Shown in pieces: positions 61,772-64,000 of a DNA stretch of 64,000 bases. How positions within the stretch are numbered: the first letter of the stretch is position 1; every line of letters starts with the position of its first letter. The stretch is from an uncultured delta proteobacterium (GTDB lineage Bacteria; Myxococcota; Myxococcia; Myxococcales; Myxococcaceae), in assembly GCA_963776345.1 (NCBI GenBank), contig CAVZMH010000012.1, forward strand, positions 96,001 to 160,000, given 5' to 3'. The position numbers and the translations under genes were made by a program. The notes under the pieces were generated by a model. The model was not told where the DNA came from and did no database searches. It saw only the letters and a list, made by a program, of their open reading frames with translations.

Positions 61772-63214
61772 CTACGCGCCGGGCGGGACCAGGTGGACCC
61801 CGCTCGGAGGCCGTATCCCCGGTCCGGTCTGCTCCCGCACCGAATGCGGACCGGTCCCGGACCCCGAGCCCTTCCGGACCTCCGCCCAGATGCGGGTCCG
61901 GCTGGTCTCGGGAAGAAACAGAGCTCCGACGAGCGCCGTGATCAGCGCGATGCCACAGGGCCAGACCAGGCCGATGTATCGATTGTTCGCTCCAAACGCG
62001 AGCTTGGTGGCGAGCACCGGAATGAGGCCGCCGAAGATGCCGTTGCCCAGGTGGTAGGGGATCGAGAGAGAGATGTACCGGGAGCGCGCCGGGAACCACT
62101 CCACCAGAAACGCCGCGATCGGACCGTAGGTCATGGCCACCAGGACCACCTGCGCAAACACCAGCGTCGTCATCAGCAATGGGTTGAACGGCGCCGCGGC
62201 CTTGCTCATCAGGATGTAGATCGGCACGAAGGAGATCGCCGCCAACAGATTCCCGGTCACCATGAGCCGCTTGCGGCCGATGACGTCGGACAGCGCGCCG
62301 AAGACGACGAACAGCGGGATCCCGCAGATGAGAGCGACGGACAGGATCGTCCATGCCGTCTCCCGGGGCAGCCCGAGCGTCTTGGTCATGAACAGCGAGG
62401 AGTAGAACTGGGCGGTGTACCAGATGACGCCCTGACCCGCGGTCGCGCCGAAGAGCGCGACCACCAGCTTCTTCCAGTTCCCGGCCGCGTCGGCGAGCGG
62501 CTCGCGCGAGAGACGGTGGTCACGCCGGATGCGTTCCCAGAGCGGCGATTCTCCGAGGTTGGTGCGTACCCACCCAGCGATTGCGAGGAGGAACAGCGAG
62601 AAGACGAAGGGCAGCCTCCAGCCCCACCGCGCGAACTCCGCGGCACCGAAGTACTGCTGCACGGCGAGGATGGTGGCCATCGAGATGAGGAGGCCAAGGC
62701 TCGCCGTGATCTGGACGAAGCTGGTGTAGTACCCACGTTCGCCGTCCGGAACGTTCTCCGCCACGTAAATTGCGGCTCCGCCGTACTCGCCCCCCAGCGC
62801 GAAGCCCTGAAGGAGCCTCATCATCACCAGGAGGATCGGCGCGGCCACGCCGATCTTCGCATACGGCGGAAGGATCCCGATGACGGTCGTGGCCCCGCCC
62901 ATGAGGAGGAGCGTCACGAGGAACGCGCTCTTGCGGCCCGCGAGGTCACCCATGCGGCCGAAGAACACCGCCCCGACGGGCCGGATGACGAACCCCGTCG
63001 CGTTCGCCGCGAGCGCCGTCAGCCAGCCGACCAGCGGATCGCCCGAGGGGAAGAACGCGGGCTGCATCACCGCGAACAGCGCCAGGTACAGGTAGAAGTC
63101 GTACCACTCGATGGTGGTGCCGGTGATGATCGACGCGATGAGCGCGCGCCGCCTCCGACGGTCACGGGTGTACGTCACGGCCTCGGTGCTGGCGGACACG
63201 GCGGGAGCGAGCAT
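61772..63214 (-). CDS. MFS transporter, metabolite:H+ symporter family
   Basis: GTTIEWYDFYLY, GDLAGRK, QGFALGGEYGG, WGWRLPF, SDVIGRK, LPET. Confidence 0.93.
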   Translation of the reverse strand: MLAPAVSASTEAVTYTRDRRRRRALIASIITGTTIEWYDFYLYLALFAVMQPAFFPSGDPLVGWLTALAANATGFVIRPVGAVFFGRMGDLAGRKSAFLVTLLLMGGATTVIGILPPYAKIGVAAPILLVMMRLLQGFALGGEYGGAAIYVAENVPDGERGYYTSFVQITASLGLLISMATILAVQQYFGAAEFARWGWRLPFVFSLFLLAIAGWVRTNLGESPLWERIRRDHRLSREPLADAAGNWKKLVVALFGATAGQGVIWYTAQFYSSLFMTKTLGLPRETAWTILSVALICGIPLFVVFGALSDVIGRKRLMVTGNLLAAISFVPIYILMSKAAAPFNPLLMTTLVFAQVVLVAMTYGPIAAFLVEWFPARSRYISLSIPYHLGNGIFGGLIPVLATKLAFGANNRYIGLVWPCGIALITALVGALFLPETSRTRIWAEVRKGSGSGTGPHSVREQTGPGIRPPSGVHLVPPGA

Positions 63215-63527
63215 CGGAGCGCGGGATGCTAGCAGCCCCGGCCAAACCGCCATCCGGCGCGCACCGAGGCGCACACGGAGCGAGGCGTTCGAGCGCCGCT
63301 GGTTTCCACAGCCCAGCGGCTCGGACCGAGTCCGCCGAGGGCACGTCGCCCTCACGGATCTCCCGAGGACCTCGCGGACGAGAGCTCGTCGCGGAGCCGC
63401 CGAGCCGCCGGGCGGCGACCGGGAACGACCTCCAGGGCCGCGGGACCGTCCGCCTGCCCGCGCCCGAGGGGGTGAAAGAAGCCCCAGGTCAGCGCACCGT
63501 GCGGAGGCGCTCGCCGCGATGATGAGG

Positions 63528-63790
63528 CCGACGAGGTGTCGGCCGTCGAGGCCCGACGAGGTCTCCTCCGACGAGATGTCTCCGACGAGATGTCTCCGAC
63601 GAGGTGTCTGACACCCTCCGAGGGACACCCTGCCGAAGGCCCTTCCGAGGCCGAGGCCGCCCCATTACGAGGTGTCTGACATTACGAGGTGTCATCTACG
63701 AGGTGTCTGACACCTTCTCACTACGAGGTGTCTGACACCTTCCGAAACAGTCCATTACGAGGTGTCTGACACCTTCCGAAACACCTTCCG
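63528..63790 (+). repeat. REP-like array, locus J
   Basis: Cores at 63603, 63702, 63727, 63761; left units CCGACGAG(G/A)TGTC and (CAT/CAC)TACGAGGTGTC; right units ACACCTTCCGA. Confidence 0.92.
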
Positions 63791-64000
63791 AGAGGCGCTC
63801 CGCAGGCATCGCCGCGACTGCCTCCGCCGCAGCGTCCGCTGCGCCGCGCTTTCGCGCCGCGTCAGCACGCGCAGCCCTTGCTAATCCTCCGGATGAGCGC
63901 ACAAGGTGTTCGCCCCGATGCGTCGCCCCGGATCGGCGACACTTGGGTGCACAGCCGGCCGGAGGCTGTATTAGAGGGCCCTCTCCTCAATATTCGTTCG

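Noticed and set aside
63861..63885. Sigma54 promoter at CCCTTGCT
   Set aside because: No GG at the required distance from the GC.

Overview
A very GC-rich bacterial chromosome segment. PEGA proteins, Cys-rich lipoproteins, a Hanks-type kinase and sigma54-like promoters suggest Myxococcota (inference). Most of it is metabolic or housekeeping: apt, a kynurenine/3-hydroxyanthranilate tryptophan-catabolic cluster (7.6-15.2 kb), moaA, an nhaR-htpX-terC-ftsH membrane-stress block, kbl-tdh-prs, purSQL, glgA-zwf, pdxH, hemY, gluQ-miaE and an MFS transporter. An accessory block of exported and Cys-rich proteins lies at 36.4-43.9 kb. The most notable feature is a REP-associated HUH tyrosine transposase (RAYT/TnpA-REP-like, 45363-46280) bracketed by repeat arrays built on the palindrome GGTGTC(T/A)GACACC. 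The same family occurs at ten intergenic loci, with 12 exact core copies counted by eye. The arrays have an unusual polarised layout: tandem copies of a shared left half-site (..TACGAGGTGTC) on one side and tandem copies of GACACC plus a locus-specific tail on the other. Several conserved genes (kynU, kbl, glgA, an epoxide hydrolase) carry single-base frameshifts that look like long-read assembly errors. No rRNA, tRNA or CRISPR array was recognised. All family calls come from motif recognition by eye, not database searches.
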